Below, one piece after another: positions 23,945 through 36,272 of a stretch of 41,318 nucleotides of DNA; the first letter of the stretch is position 1, and each line of letters starts with the position of its first letter. The notes under the pieces were generated by a model, which was not told the origin of the DNA, did no database searches, and saw nothing but the letters and a program-made list of their open reading frames with translations. The DNA comes from Folioceros fuciformis (Eukaryota), in contig JBNGIO010005421.1 in assembly GCA_049999805.1 (NCBI GenBank), forward strand, positions 1-41,318, written 5' to 3'. The position numbers and the translations under genes were made by a program.

Positions 23945-24980
23945 CTTTATACTGTACCAAGGTGCCACACTTTGCATACATGTCCACCAAGCAATTACAA
24001 ACTAACAAATCAGGCTCAAGCCCACTGGCCAAGATATCAGCATGCACCTGCTTCCCCTTGCACAGGCCTGAAATGCTGCCACAAACAGATGACCATCTGG
24101 CTTCACACTGGACCTGCGCATCCGTTGATATAGCTGCACGGCCTGCTTTGCTTTGTCTTGTCCATGTCTAACATGTGCAGAGATTATGGAAGACCAGATG
24201 AAGGCATTTGGTTCAGCAACCATGGTGAACACATCCATCGCGTCTTGCAACCTGCCAAACTAAGCATACATTCGCAGAATGTGATTGCTCAGGAACGTGT
24301 CCGACTGATACCCCTTGTCCATCGTCAAACCATGCACCGGACCGACGACCCAGAACAAGAGTCTTCTTCAACACACATTACTTAAGTACAGTAAAAAACT
24401 GAGACTTGGGTACACAGGAGTCTGTCTGCACCAGAACTTCCAGAGCCTCAGCAGCCTCAGTGAGCAGGCCCTCATGATATAGCTTGCTCACAGTTTCAGC
24501 CATCACAATCCTGCAGGCCTGAGATTGTCCCGACCGTCGGGCAAGCTAGGTTTGGGCTCAGAGACCTCACGACCCATATCCACATCCCAAGCAGCAAGCT
24601 TCGACTTCACCCAGGCTGGCTTGTAGAGGTGGTGCAGCCAGATCCCCTCATGGGATTCTCTGTACTTGAAGTCAGGCAAGCGCTTACTTTTCTTGGCATG
24701 CCTGTTATCCCACCACAGTGTTGGGTCCCGAAAGAACTGTCCCCACAATAGCTCCTGCTGACGAACCTGGCGGGCAGCTCCGCCTTTATCCACCCATCCT
24801 GTTCGATGAGCTGCCTGCCCGGCTGAAGGCCCCCATCTTTTGGCTGGTTCGGGTGGCTAAGCTCGCCTCCTTGAAGTCAATTGCGAGGGAGCCCTTCCAA
24901 AAGTGCCTGCTGATTTCGGCACAGCCATGGGGCCGCGTTACGCTTACGATTCCGAGAGACATTGATCCGTGGTTACGCAA
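23945..24980 (-). pseudogene. PPR pseudogene with N-terminal OSB-type PDF motif
   Basis: LLWGQFFRDPTLWWDNRHAKKSKRLPDFKYRESHEGIWL...PAWV, then PLS repeats (DAMDVF...PNAFIWSSIISAH, VKPDGHLFVAAFQAC, LVDMYAKCG), with stops and frameshifts. Confidence 0.85.
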
Positions 24981-26322
24981 TACGACGGGCAGATAACGCA
25001 GAGCAGCAAATGGAAGAACCTACACCTGGAGTACCTACGTGACTCAAATTAATTCTCGGAGCTGAAAGGCATGCAGTCTTGGTTCACCAGTTAATTCTGG
25101 GAATCTGATGTCAGCCTTGTAGGTGGGATAGGCAACCTATGCATCTGTAGGTACGCACTGGTTGCGTAAACGGGCGGGGCGACGCTTTCATCCAATCTCG
25201 TTGAGTTCAATTCAACCGAGTTTGCGGGCGACACATGCTAGTTTCTTCTGGGTAATTTACAACGGGTGGCCATACACTGTTTTTACACGGAAGGGAATGC
25301 AAAGCATATCATCCGTATGCATGATGACCCTCTTTCTCCAGACATGGAAACAAGAACAGCCGCCGGACCATCTCCCGCTCACGCTGATTACAAAGTCGAC
25401 TTCCTGCCCGCATCCAGGAAACCAGGCTCCGCTCACTACATATGTCCTTACCAGTCGCATTGTTGCTGCACATCCACTTGTTGGCCCGGTACACATTCCA
25501 GGCCGCACTTCAGTTCAAATTCAGAAACAGTACAAAAGCAGAGAAAGCATGCTTCCTACTGTCCCCAATTCGTCACCCCTCCCTGCATTCCGCACATGCG
25601 CACACGCCTCAAATTGCGCACTTCATGCTGCGTTGCTGCTGGTTAGCAGGATCACCGGGGTCTGGCAAGCAAGCAACCCATCAGATACGACAGAAAAGGT
25701 TGCCTCCCAGGATCACAATGAAGATCCATCATAGAATACCTGGAGGGGGCTGAAGCTCAATACACACATGAGGCAACCCTGCAAGGGAGTTTAAGGTTGG
25801 GTCAGGAATGGCGCCATACATCTTGCAGGCTGAAACCTGGCCTTCGATGGAACATGGTCTCCGACTTCTCCGTTTTCAGCTTTATCTGCGCCTGCTTCAT
25901 ACAATGAAAACTAGGGATGCCGGAAGATCCCACCTCCTGGCCCTCAAACGCGACGTCTCATGATCATGTGCTTGCAGCTCTTCATGGGAGGAATCCCATG
26001 GAACTACGCAGGGGATAGAGAGTGCCATTTGAGGAAATACAGCAGTGTACCCGAACGTTGTTAACCAGACATGGCTACACTACAGCCTCCTAGTTGTGAA
26101 ATGCTGGCCAAACATATGAGGCCTTGAAGGCTGCAAACATGTGACTTGAGAGAAACTCTCGGATTCTCAAGGGGCACCCGTGAAAATATATACATTGACT
26201 GTTCAGACGAATATGTGCCTTATAATTGTATCCTTATGGAATCACTACAAATGACGTCATTATCAATCGGATTATTATGGCGAAACAGAACGGGACGTTC
26301 AAAGGCCACTTCCCACATGGAA

Positions 26323-28054
26323 CTAGCCAGAAGACGGCAGTTCCCATTTTCTAAGTTGGGATTTGGAAGCACATCTTGAGTCCTCACTAGCCAACAACCT
26401 TTTGTCTTGACACCAGCACTTGTAATAAGGTCGAGAGTGCTCAAGGAGAGCCTGTGGACGGAGGCTCTCTAAGCGCTCTCGGTTCCAACGGTGGAAGATA
26501 TCCTCCTTTGGGCCGGGGAGACAAGCACCCGTATGTGCTCTAGCTCGTAACCACCGATAAATGCGCATTGCCGCAACTGCATCTTCGTAAGGCTCATGTC
26601 TGCCTTCATCTTGGATTTGGTATCTTTGAAAATAGGCATAGGGTTAGCTGGGCAGAAACGGTTACGTTTGGTACTCTTCACGAACTATTTATCGAAGGTG
26701 TGTGGGTGCCTTACCCCAAGTAGGTCCTCGCCAGGTCTCGCAGCTTATGTGGGACTCCGCTTGTTCTCAACAAGGGTGGATAGCATCCAGTGTCCCTGTA
26801 ATCAGGCATCATAGGGAACATAGAGAGTAAGAAGAAACCACGAGTTGCAAGTGCTAAACGTAGCTGATGTTTGAGAAGGGGAGGGGAGTAGAGTGGGGAT
26901 GGTATACCTGATCAGATGAGAAGGGTAGGTCAAGTTTAGACACTCCAAGTCATGGTTCAACGAATGACCCACCAGGAGCCTAGAGAATCCCTTCTTTCCC
27001 TTCCTACGATTCTCAGCACCTTGGAGAATGACCATGACTCTCCTTCTCGCCTCTTCAAATGACATTCCGTTCTCCAGATCCGTCGCCTCAATGTGAGTGA
27101 TGTCATATCTAGATACGCCACAGTCAGTAGAAAGCATATCAGCACAGCGAGAATGCTCGAAATGTACCAGGTCAGTTTTCTTGCCTGTAGTCGGTCACAG
27201 TGTGACTTGGCTTCACAAACGTATTCAGAAGCACGTTTTCTCCTTCGTCCACCACACAGATCCTCGCACATATATTGATAGAGCCATCATCTCCGCCTCC
27301 GACCATCTCACAGTCCAGCGACACAGCAGTTAAGCGCTCACCCTTTGACTGGAAGGACGCATACTGACCACCAACATCTGCTGGCACTCTGATCCTCTTG
27401 GTTGATAGCATCTGGCCTGCCCACGTCTGAATAAATGACAAGACACGTCTTAAAACAGTGCAACAGACAGCAGAACTTGCATCGAGGAAGAAAGGGGTTG
27501 AAGGACAGTGTGACTACGCTGCTGAAAGTGGACGTGGTAATCCAAGGACAGGTCAGTCGGTGGATCGCTGCCATTTCCTGGTCATCAACGAATTCCAGGC
27601 AGTAATGACACCCCTTCTCTGAGAAGGCCTTTGAGCATTCCTTCTTGCACAGAGGCCCTGATGAGAATGAACACAATGAGTGCCTCTCCTTCTTTTGGGA
27701 CATGTACGACCCATGACAACCTCCTCAAACACGAAATCTCTCACCAAGAAGATGCTCACGGAGTGCCTCAAAGCATTTGCAGTGCTTCTTACAGTGTGCA
27801 CATTTCGGTTCATGCTGCGAATGACCAGCCTTAGCTATATGCTCCACCAGTCTGGACATGGCACCAAACTGCTTGAAGCAAGCTTCACACCTGTTCGAGA
27901 CGCCAACACACAGAGATTTGTACCAAAAAACACGGGAGGATGCTTATGCGTGAATAGCACCAACACCACAACAATAGAGAACACACCTAAAGCGAGCTGC
28001 TGGAGTCGCTGCCCCCCCTTCTTTTGACAAGTTTAAGGAGCTCAGTGCTTCCAT
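26323..28054 (-). CDS. C2H2 zinc-finger plus DEDDh 3'-5' exonuclease (plant REX4-like), multi-exon
   Basis: RCEACFKQF...HEPKCAHCKKHCKCFEALREHL, LDCEMVGGG, VTDYR, LLVGHSLNHDL, HEPYEDAVAAMRIY, YYKCWCQD; GT-AG introns. Confidence 0.9.
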
Positions 28055-28624
28055 CTCGGAGCTATGATCCTGAGGCACTGCCGCCGTTAGCCCCAACACT
28101 GCAGCAGAAAAATTCGAAACCTTCTTTAAACGTAAAAGGAAAAAACTTACCTAGTGCTGGCCGGAACGAGGTTCACAAGAATCAACTCCGTCAGTGAAGA
28201 TCTAACGCGCCAGCAACTCCACACACCTCTCCGCTTCCGAGTCAGACGCAATTCTCGGCACAAACACAAGGTTCTGTGCTTGGCTTGAGTTCCCCTCTGA
28301 CAGAACTGTTGAAAACCCGTAGCACTGGAAGGATCACGAACGCAAGCGTCAAGCAGTAACAGAACGCCAAGATGAACGTGCTGAGACTTGAGACGCCTTT
28401 CACCGCCTGGTGACATGACGCTGAATTCGGAAGATGGCGGGAAACGTGAACCGCGGTTAGAGCCTTGACCAAGTACCGGTAACTCTGGTTTATTGCTTGA
28501 ACTAAAGCGGCAGGACTACACGTCTCCGTCGGTGAAGGTCGACTTCGTCTCTGGAGCTCGTGGCAGGGAAGTCCTGTTGGAGATTTCGAGCCATTTGTAA
28601 CGGATCCCGGGTAGGGTTGGAGGC

Positions 28625-29423
28625 ATGGCGAGCGGCGCACTGAATGATGTAAAGGTTCTCTATCGCTCGCTCAAGTCGTCATACGCATCCACTCCAGCCA
28701 AGCTCAAGGTGTGTTGCTCAATTGCCCTAGTTCTTGGAATGCTGCTCAACGTGGGTGCGTGCTGGCTTTTTCCTCTCACTGACATCCCGGTTCCCATGTG
28801 CAGGTGATCGATCTGTACGTTCTCTTTGCTATCACGACTGCTGCTATTCAGGTAACTTCCGGCATGAGCAGAATGTTTTTTGGGATACTGTGGTGCTAAA
28901 ATGAGCCCCACAGCATTGCAGCTCGTAGTGTTTGTCCTTAAGCTGATTTTTTTCTGGACTCTGTTGTAGGTGTTGTACATGGCGGTGGTTGGATCCTTTC
29001 CTTTCAATGCATTTCTGTCCGGAGTTCTCTCCAGCGTCGGCACAGCTGTGCTCGCAGGTAGCTTCACATGGCCTTACACGCAGTTCTACTGGAAAGAATG
29101 CATCGTCATCACCTGTCGGCTTTATTTTGATGCGCTCTTGGTCTGTATTTTCAGTCTGTTTGCGGATGCAAGTCAACAAGGAGAACAAGGAATTTAAGGT
29201 AACATCTTTGCCCTAGCTGAATTGTTCAAACCACCTTCCAAGCTCTGGTGTAAAAGACTCCCCTCATGTTTTCTTCTCCTCTTGGTGCGTAAAGGGAGAC
29301 ATGCGGGTGCTAACTGAGCCCTATGATGACCATGTGTAGGACCTGCCTCGAGAACGAGCCTTTGCAGACTTCGTGCTCTGTAATCTCGTGTTGCATCTCG
29401 TAATCATGAATTTCCTGGGCTGA
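28625..29423 (+). CDS. DAD1: Oligosaccharyltransferase subunit DAD1/OST2 (115 aa; exons 28625-28708, 28804-28851, 28970-29057, 29155-29198, 29340-29423)
   Basis: TPAKLKVIDLY, VGSFPFNAFLSG, VCLRMQVNKEN, ERAFADFVLCNLVLHLVIMNFLG. Confidence 0.97.
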
Positions 29424-30103
29424 TGGCACGCCTCATACATGCTAGTCTCTGAAGGGAAGCGGAATAGTAGGTAGATTCCACAGCTTCAAGTGGTCGAGTC
29501 TGGGTGTCATTTTGTTTGCTCCCTGACTCTGGCACACCCTGTCCGTCTAAGTGAGCTGTGTGAGTATCGGCGCATGTGCAATCATTGCTCTCCAATAGAG
29601 CTGCTTTGTGTCGTGATGAGCAATGGAACAATAATTGAGAGTGTGGACCATTAGCCGAGCAGCGTCGTGCGCACAGGTCGGACCACGCCGTCAGCGTGTA
29701 AAGGGGATGTGTAATTTTGCCGGTCATGATGCAGATTTTGCAAGAAAGAACGTGTCCCATGGTCATTGGGGGACAGAAAGGGAATCCCAAGGATTTGTCA
29801 GGGGAAATGAATTAATGCGTACAGGACGAGACACTACAAAATCTTTTTCTCCACTGACTTGGTTGTTTGCCGGTCCTGGCGCACGGCTTGACGCCATAAG
29901 ACGGCTTGCTTCAGATTGCTTCGCTTGGGCTTGTCTGCCGTCTACGGGCAGCCCAGGTTGGGATCGAAATCGCCTCCACGTTGCCTGCAGCTCAAGTTCT
30001 ATGAATTTGACCACCAACCACCATCGCGTGGTATTTTGACAGAGATTGCGTTGTCTGTCTGATTTTATCTAACGCTTCACAAGTTTTCAATCTTCCATCA
30101 GCC

Positions 30104-31904
30104 ATGGCTGAAAAGAAGCGCATCTCGGCGGCCTCCGCGAGGACTCATACCCGAGGGAAGAAGGGTTCGAGCAAAGGAAAAGAAGGTGAGCTCTTTAAGG
30201 GAATTTTACGGTTTGTAAGCTCCTGGACAAGGTGTGAGCATCTTTTACCTTGTTGTGCAAGTTGTCAAAGAAGGAATGTGTTGCCTCTCCATGATGTCCA
30301 ATGTTTCTGAAGCTGCCCGAATCGGAAGGGATCTCGTTCTTATCTGGTTGTGTAGTAAGGCTTCGTGTGGCATTATGGTCTAAGTGAACCCCTTCACTGA
30401 CACAATCTTCGAATTCGTGTCTGTTTGCTGGATGTGATGGCAGGAGGACTCTCTCTTCTTCCGCGGCAGTTGTTGCTTGTTGCTCTTGCAGTTGGGTTTG
30501 CAGGTGTGATTTATCTTTACTTCGTTCCTCCTGCACCTACTGTTGTTGGGACCCCAGGAGGCCCTCCTGTCACAGCGCCTCGAATCCGGCTTTCGGATGG
30601 GCGGTATTTGGCTTACCACGAGGGTGGTGTCCCCAAGGAAAGAGCTAAGGCCTTTGCCGTCACTTTGCATGGGTTTACAGGGTGTCGAACAGACCTATAT
30701 CCAGCTTCTAAGGTTCGTTGGTATACTTGTATGCGGTTGCGTTGGTGTGCTTTTGTGGTCATGTTGGTATCTGATCTCTTCAGCACAAAATTCGTCACAA
30801 GTGTAGGAACTTGTCGAGCGCGTAGAGTAGAGTCATGGTGTGTCGTGGTGCTATGCGGTTACAGGGAACTGTCAGTGTGATTGTATGTTGGTATGTACCA
30901 ATCCTTTGATTTCAACCTTCTGCAGGAGGTTTTCGAAAAGTTCGGTCTGTATCTCGTTTCTTTCGATAGACCTGGATATGGAGAGAGCGATCCTCATCCA
31001 GGACGCACTGCCAAGAGTGCAGCACAGGATGTGGATGAGCTTGCAGCTGCCTTGAATCTTGGGGATAAGTTTTACATTATATCTACCTCGATGGGAGGCA
31101 TGACAGCGTGGGGGTGCCTTAAGTACATCCAGCATAGGTATGTTATGTCCAGTACACGCACGGGCACGCTCTATGTTAAGAGCCTATCGACAGGATACCT
31201 GACACCTCACTCTCTTTCGTGGACAGAATTGCTGGAGTAGCAATGGAAGCTCCTGTCATCAACTTTTGGTGGAATGGCTTTCCCGCGAACGTGGCCAAGG
31301 AGGGATGGGACACCCAATACTGGAACGACAAGCTTGTCCTCTCAATCACCCATCATCTACCTTGGCTCCAGTACTGGTGGATGGCACAAAAGATTTTCCC
31401 AACATCCAGTGCAGTTCCTGGACGTGAACGTCGTTTAATGGGAACGGACATTAAAGTGCTGCAGTTGCTCAGGGAAAGGGGTGGCTTCGGTCCGGTGAGA
31501 AAATCCTGTCCTCCTACTTTACAACGCCGCAAGCAAATTCGTTCTGAAATGTGCTTGGTGAGTCTAGAAATCGCTTCTGTTTTGTGTGGCAGAGATTGAA
31601 GAACAATACCGTGCAAGGGGTTCACGAATCCCTCAACCGGGATCTCTTGGTCAGCTTTGGGAAGTGGCATTTTAGTCCTCTGGACTTGCACAATCCGTTC
31701 ATCCCAGTTCACGTATGGCAGGGGGATGAAGATTACCTAGTTCCTGTCGTGTTGCAGAGGTACATTGCTTCACAGCTCCCCTGGATAGACTATCACGAGT
31801 TGCCCAAGCATGGCCACATCCTCCAATTTGTCCCTGGTGTTGCCGATCAGATCGTTACCACTCTTTTGTCTGACAAGATGGAGGACAGAGAAATAGATAA
31901 GTAG
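30104..31904 (+). CDS. Membrane-anchored alpha/beta hydrolase (exons 30104-30185, 30444-30712, 30926-31137, 31227-31494, 31593-31904)
   Basis: RISAASARTHTR start, GTPGGPPVTAPRIRLSDGRYLAY, FDRPGYGESDP, nucleophile STSMGG, WQGDED, HGH. Confidence 0.92.
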
Positions 31905-32439
31905 TCGACGGGGCAGATTTTGTTAAACAGTGAAAGAAAATCACTAAGCGGACTGGGCTGATTGGGTAAACAGGGCATTAGGTAGGTGGGAAGTCGACTG
32001 GGTAGAATTGAGGTGAACTGGGAAACAGGTCGGGAGTCCCCTAGGAAGATTTTGGTACACGCAGACTCTGCAGGGTTTGCTTCTTTGCTGGGCTGCTTGT
32101 TTCGCCTTGTTGGAGTATCGATAGCCCTTGTCATCCTCTAAGTCAACTATTTAATATGCTGAGAGAGCTCGGTCTTTTATTTCACTCTTCTCCTCCTCTC
32201 CGTGACATGAGAGATGAGGACGTTTTTCTCACGAAACATTGCCTGGTTGTGTGACCAGGGCCTGCTTTTGATTTCTGTCTGTCATTGTTTAGCTACCACT
32301 GGAAATGGACACAAGGGGATTAAGCATCCTCTGTTTAAATCGGTACTGCTATGGATCCCTGAAGAGAAGATGCCTTAGCAGCAGCGTATAGCTCGAAACG
32401 TCATGGTACAAATTGTTCAGCACCGATGAACTCCAGTTT

Positions 32440-33130
32440 CATTAGGTTCTGTTATCCGTCATCGTTAGATTAGGGCTTCTTATCATCCAATTATTCGATT
32501 ACGGATCTTATGAATCGATCGTCCCATTAGGGCTTCCTATCAGTCATCGTGTGATTGGGCTTTTTCATTAGTCATCGTTTGATTAGGGTCTGGTATCAGC
32601 CATCGTTTTACTAGCCAGCCCCATCGTTTGATTAGGGCTTTTTTAGTCATCGTTGATTAGGGCTTTTTTAGTCATCGTTTGATGAGGGCTTTTTTAATCA
32701 TCGTTTGATGAGGGCTTTTTTAGTCCATCGTTTGATGAGGGCTTCTTTAGTCCATCGTTTGATTAGGGCTTTTTTAGTCCATCGTTTGATTAGGGCTTTT
32801 TTAGTCATCGTTTGATTAGGGCTTTTTTAGTCATCGTTCGATTAGGGTTTCGTTTCACACAATCGATCGATTAGGGCTTTTTATCACTCAATCGTTCGAT
32901 TAGGGCTTTTTATCACTCAATCGGTCGATTAGGATTTTTATCACTCATCGTTCGATTAGGGTTTGCTATCAATTAGGATTTGCTATGAGTCGTCGTGTGA
33001 TTAGGGCTTTCTATCAGTCAGTGCTTGATTAGGGCCCCCCAGCAGTCCTTGTTTGACTAGGGTCTGGCATGAGTCATGAGGAACTGTTATGAGTCATTGT
33101 TTGATTATGGTTTGTGTGAGTCAAGGTTTG
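32440..33130. repeat. ~24-27 bp satellite (CATCGTTTGATTAGGGCTTTTTTAGT) containing TTAGGG
   Basis: About 20 or more copies; homogeneous at 32620-32850 and degenerate at the edges. Confidence 0.92.
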
Positions 33131-33299
33131 ATTGTGGCCCTCATCCGTCATCGTCTTAAACACCAGCTTTGCTTCGCTTGTTGTTGTCTCTATACCAACA
33201 CAAAGCAGCCTGCTGTTGGAATAGTCTTCAAACCCGGACCGACATCAAATCAAAACACCGCGACATCACTAAAGTACAAAGTGACCACCCTATAACCAC

Positions 33300-33900
33300 A
33301 GGGTACTAACCTAACAACCTAAAGCACCAAGAGACCTGGGAACCTTTTCAAAAGCCAAACCTCGAAACCTAAAACCAGAAGACCAACCTCGAAACCTAAA
33401 ACACCAAAAGACCAACCTCGAAACCTAAAGCACCAATGACCAATCTGGCAACCTAAAACACCAAGAGACCAACCTAGCAAAATCAAGAGACTAACCTAGC
33501 NNNNNNNNNNTAAAACACCAAGAGACCAACCTAGCAAAATCAAGAGACTAACCTAGCAAATTAAAACACCAAGAGACCAACCTGGAAACTCAAAACACCA
33601 AGAGACCAACCTGGAAACCCAAAACACCAAGAGACCAGCCTAGCAACCCTAGCTACACCAAGAGATCAACCTAATAACCCTAGCTACAGCAATAGACCAA
33701 CCTAGCAACCTGAAACAAAAAGAGACCAACCTAGCAACCTCAAACGCCAAGACAACAAGAAACCAACCTAGCAACCTTAAACACCAAGAGACCAACCTAG
33801 CAGCCTCAAACACCAAGAGACCACCCTAGGACACAAAGAAACTATCCTAACAACTTAAAACGCCAAGAGACCACCCTAGGACACAAAGAGGCCAACCTTA
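33300..33900. repeat. ~29-30 bp satellite (AAAACACCAAGAGACCAACCTAGCAACCT), with a 10-N gap at 33501-33510
   Basis: Read directly; the true array length is unknown because of the gap. Confidence 0.92.
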
Positions 33901-34059
33901 GGTGAGCTGTTGGTGTAGCTCCACACAAAGAGACAGTAACCCAACATGAGCTCCTATGAAATCCACAGTGAGCTCCCTTGTGAGAGCAGCACATAGCTTC
34001 CATGCCCGACTGATCGAACCTTCGCTGAAAAGGAAATCTGATGACTTGTGCAAGCGAAT

Positions 34060-34370
34060 TCACAAGCTTGTCTCGGTCTGAAACATCAAAGAAAACGGCA
34101 GCAGATCCAGTCGCCTCTCCGTTTCGGGATGAGACGCGATTTTCAGCACAGGAACTGGACAAGTTCTTGCAAGTTCTTCCTTCGTCTCCGACGAAAGAAT
34201 TCCTTTTGGGCCCCGACAGATTGATGATCCTACCGTCGCGTGTGAAGCCCTACCTGGCTATCCAGTACTTTGTGAACACCACTTGCATCTCCCGTCTTAG
34301 CAGGAAACTGCTGTGGCCTGATGCAGGCCTGGCATTGTCCACAGCATCGTGCAAGCCACTGCAAGAGCCC
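34060..34370 (-). pseudogene. Inverted, heavily decayed copy of the secreted 3D/MltA-like gene
   Basis: Reverse strand reads LWTMPGLHQATAVSC*...VFTKYWIAR...DGRIINLSGPKRNSFVGDEGRT...GSAAVFFDVSDR, matching the 35240 copy. A TATAAA lies just upstream (~34375-34380, minus strand). Confidence 0.78.
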
Positions 34371-35239
34371 GTGCTTTATAGCTTGGATGTCTTGATGAAG
34401 CTGGAGACGAGAAGCCTGTTGGATCTCTATCATGGGTGTGCATGATGGGATCCTGTAGTGCCTGACAGTCCTCAGCCCGACCCGACGTTGAAAGCCCGAG
34501 ATCGGTGATGGTGAAAGCTTACTTATTAATTAGCCTCGCTTTGTTCCGGCCGAATCCCTGCACAGGAGAAGAGACGAATTCGAAGTCGGGCCGTTCCAAC
34601 TGCGCATTAATAGTTGCACAGCAGTACAGCAGCGGACACAGTCCCTTGTGCAGATGTCGATCGGTCGGAAGAGAAGACGAAGTCCCATGGATGGATGTCA
34701 CTCGTTCAAAAGAGAGAGGACGAAGATCAGTATCTGCTGCTCGTCCAAACGCGTCAGAGGACGAAGACCCAATGGAGATGTCAGGACGAGGTCCCATTCC
34801 CATGTCCTGCTGTCACCCGTTCAAACGAGGACAGCACAGAAGTCAAAGCTGGTGGGTTGCAACGGCTTAAATGTGCACTTCAAGCGGATATTTGAATTTC
34901 AAAGCTGTTTTCTTCTGACAATGCGTCGCAGGCTGCAGGCGCATTCTATGCTCCCCCTGCAGGATCCTAGAGCCTAGACATTATGGGATTAGAACCTAGT
35001 GTACCTCCACCAGTACTACTCCAGTCAAGCAGTCACCTTCTAGACGCTGATATGATGCAACTGGTATACACTATCCACTGGCTGCAGTAATCTACACTCC
35101 CCAGCTTGCCAAGCGTGTCTAGGCGGGCAATATAAACCTTGAGCGGATCATCAATGCCTAATCCTGTGCCAGCTTGGGGACATTTCGTTGCCCCCATCCA
35201 CACATCCTTTAGAGGAAACGAGCTCGAAAACAACGACCG

Positions 35240-35869
35240 ATGGCCACCACCAGCAACAGCAGGCTTGTGTCTTGCACTGGCTGCTTGACTCCTATGGACG
35301 CTGGCAGGTCTGCACCAAGCCAACGGATCCTGCTACAACGGCAAGGGAGACCTCATATTCACCAAGTACTGGGTCGTAAGGGATTGTTCCAGGACGAACG
35401 AGACGGACGAGGACGATTATCACCCTGAGTGGACCCAAAACTAAGGCGATCGTCGGGGGAGACGGCAAGACCATCGTCAGGGTGGATGTCAATACCTACG
35501 GCAAGCGTGTGGAGGAAGGAACGTGCCTTCTCAGCAATGGGGACCTCATCAACGCGGGCAGCGCGTCGGACGTGTTTGAGATCCTTGACAGGTCCAATTA
35601 CCCTTTCGGACAATGCGCGTTCTCAAACGCGCTGGTGCCGTATGTGAGTGTGGCCACCGTCGATCTCCCCCTCACCAAGCTCTATGTTCGGGAGCTGCAT
35701 AATGTGAGACTTCGCAATGGAAAAATCCACAGCGGATGCGTCCGGGTGCAGTTGCCACATCGATTTCTTCGTCAAGTTCTTCACACACTACAAGGCACTG
35801 GATGACGTTCTGCCTGACACCGCCCATTCCGTGATCGAGCCTGATTGCCACATCCTCTCCTACACTTGA
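35240..35869 (+). pseudogene. Stand-alone secreted 3D/MltA-like domain gene, frameshifted
   Basis: SCYNGKGDLIFTKYWV...LSGPKTKAIVGGDGKTI...EEGTCLLSNGDLIN...YPFG...NALVPYVSVA...LYVRELHNVRLRNGKIHSGCVRV (deletion and frameshift) SCHIDFFV...CHILSYT*. Colinear with the RLK ectodomain; TATAAA at ~35131. Confidence 0.85.
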
Positions 35870-36272
35870 TCCGATCTTGTCTGAAGGTCTGCATAGCTGT
35901 GTGCAAGCGTAGCCTTTGACAATTAGAAAAGATGGGCTAGAGGGGCACTATCAAGCTAGCTAGCTAGCTATGGAAAACAGACCACGAAGGTGAGGCAGAT
36001 TGGGAGCAAAGTGCCTTGGATGTTCATGAAGCTTTGTGCCCATGAAGTGGGTCTTGCAAGCTCAGTCTAAGAGCAGAATTAGGCCGCCATACCCACTTTA
36101 ACTTAAGCTCCTTCACCCACCATTAGATCAAGGTTGTCAGAACTCGGATTGCGAGGGAGGCATAGGAAAGGTAAGAACATGCAAGTGTCTTAAGAGGGAC
36201 CTGTGCAGTATCCCGTTCTCCACAAACTACCATAGTCGTGGGTGATGGCCTCGTTTAACACAGTCTGCTATC

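Noticed and set aside
540-24500. Premature stops being repaired by U-to-C RNA editing
   Set aside because: Such editing is organellar. These loci are nuclear and also carry frameshifts.
25162-25753. 190-aa and overlapping ORFs
   Set aside because: Non-ATG starts, no recognisable motifs and no splice structure; likely spurious.
28625-29423. DAD1 ('defender against apoptotic death') close to a caspase-like gene as a death/anti-death module
   Set aside because: DAD1 is a housekeeping oligosaccharyltransferase subunit. Proximity in a gene-dense genome is not evidence of a functional link.
34041-34445. 134-aa plus-strand ORF
   Set aside because: It is the antisense shadow of the decayed 3D-like copy on the minus strand.
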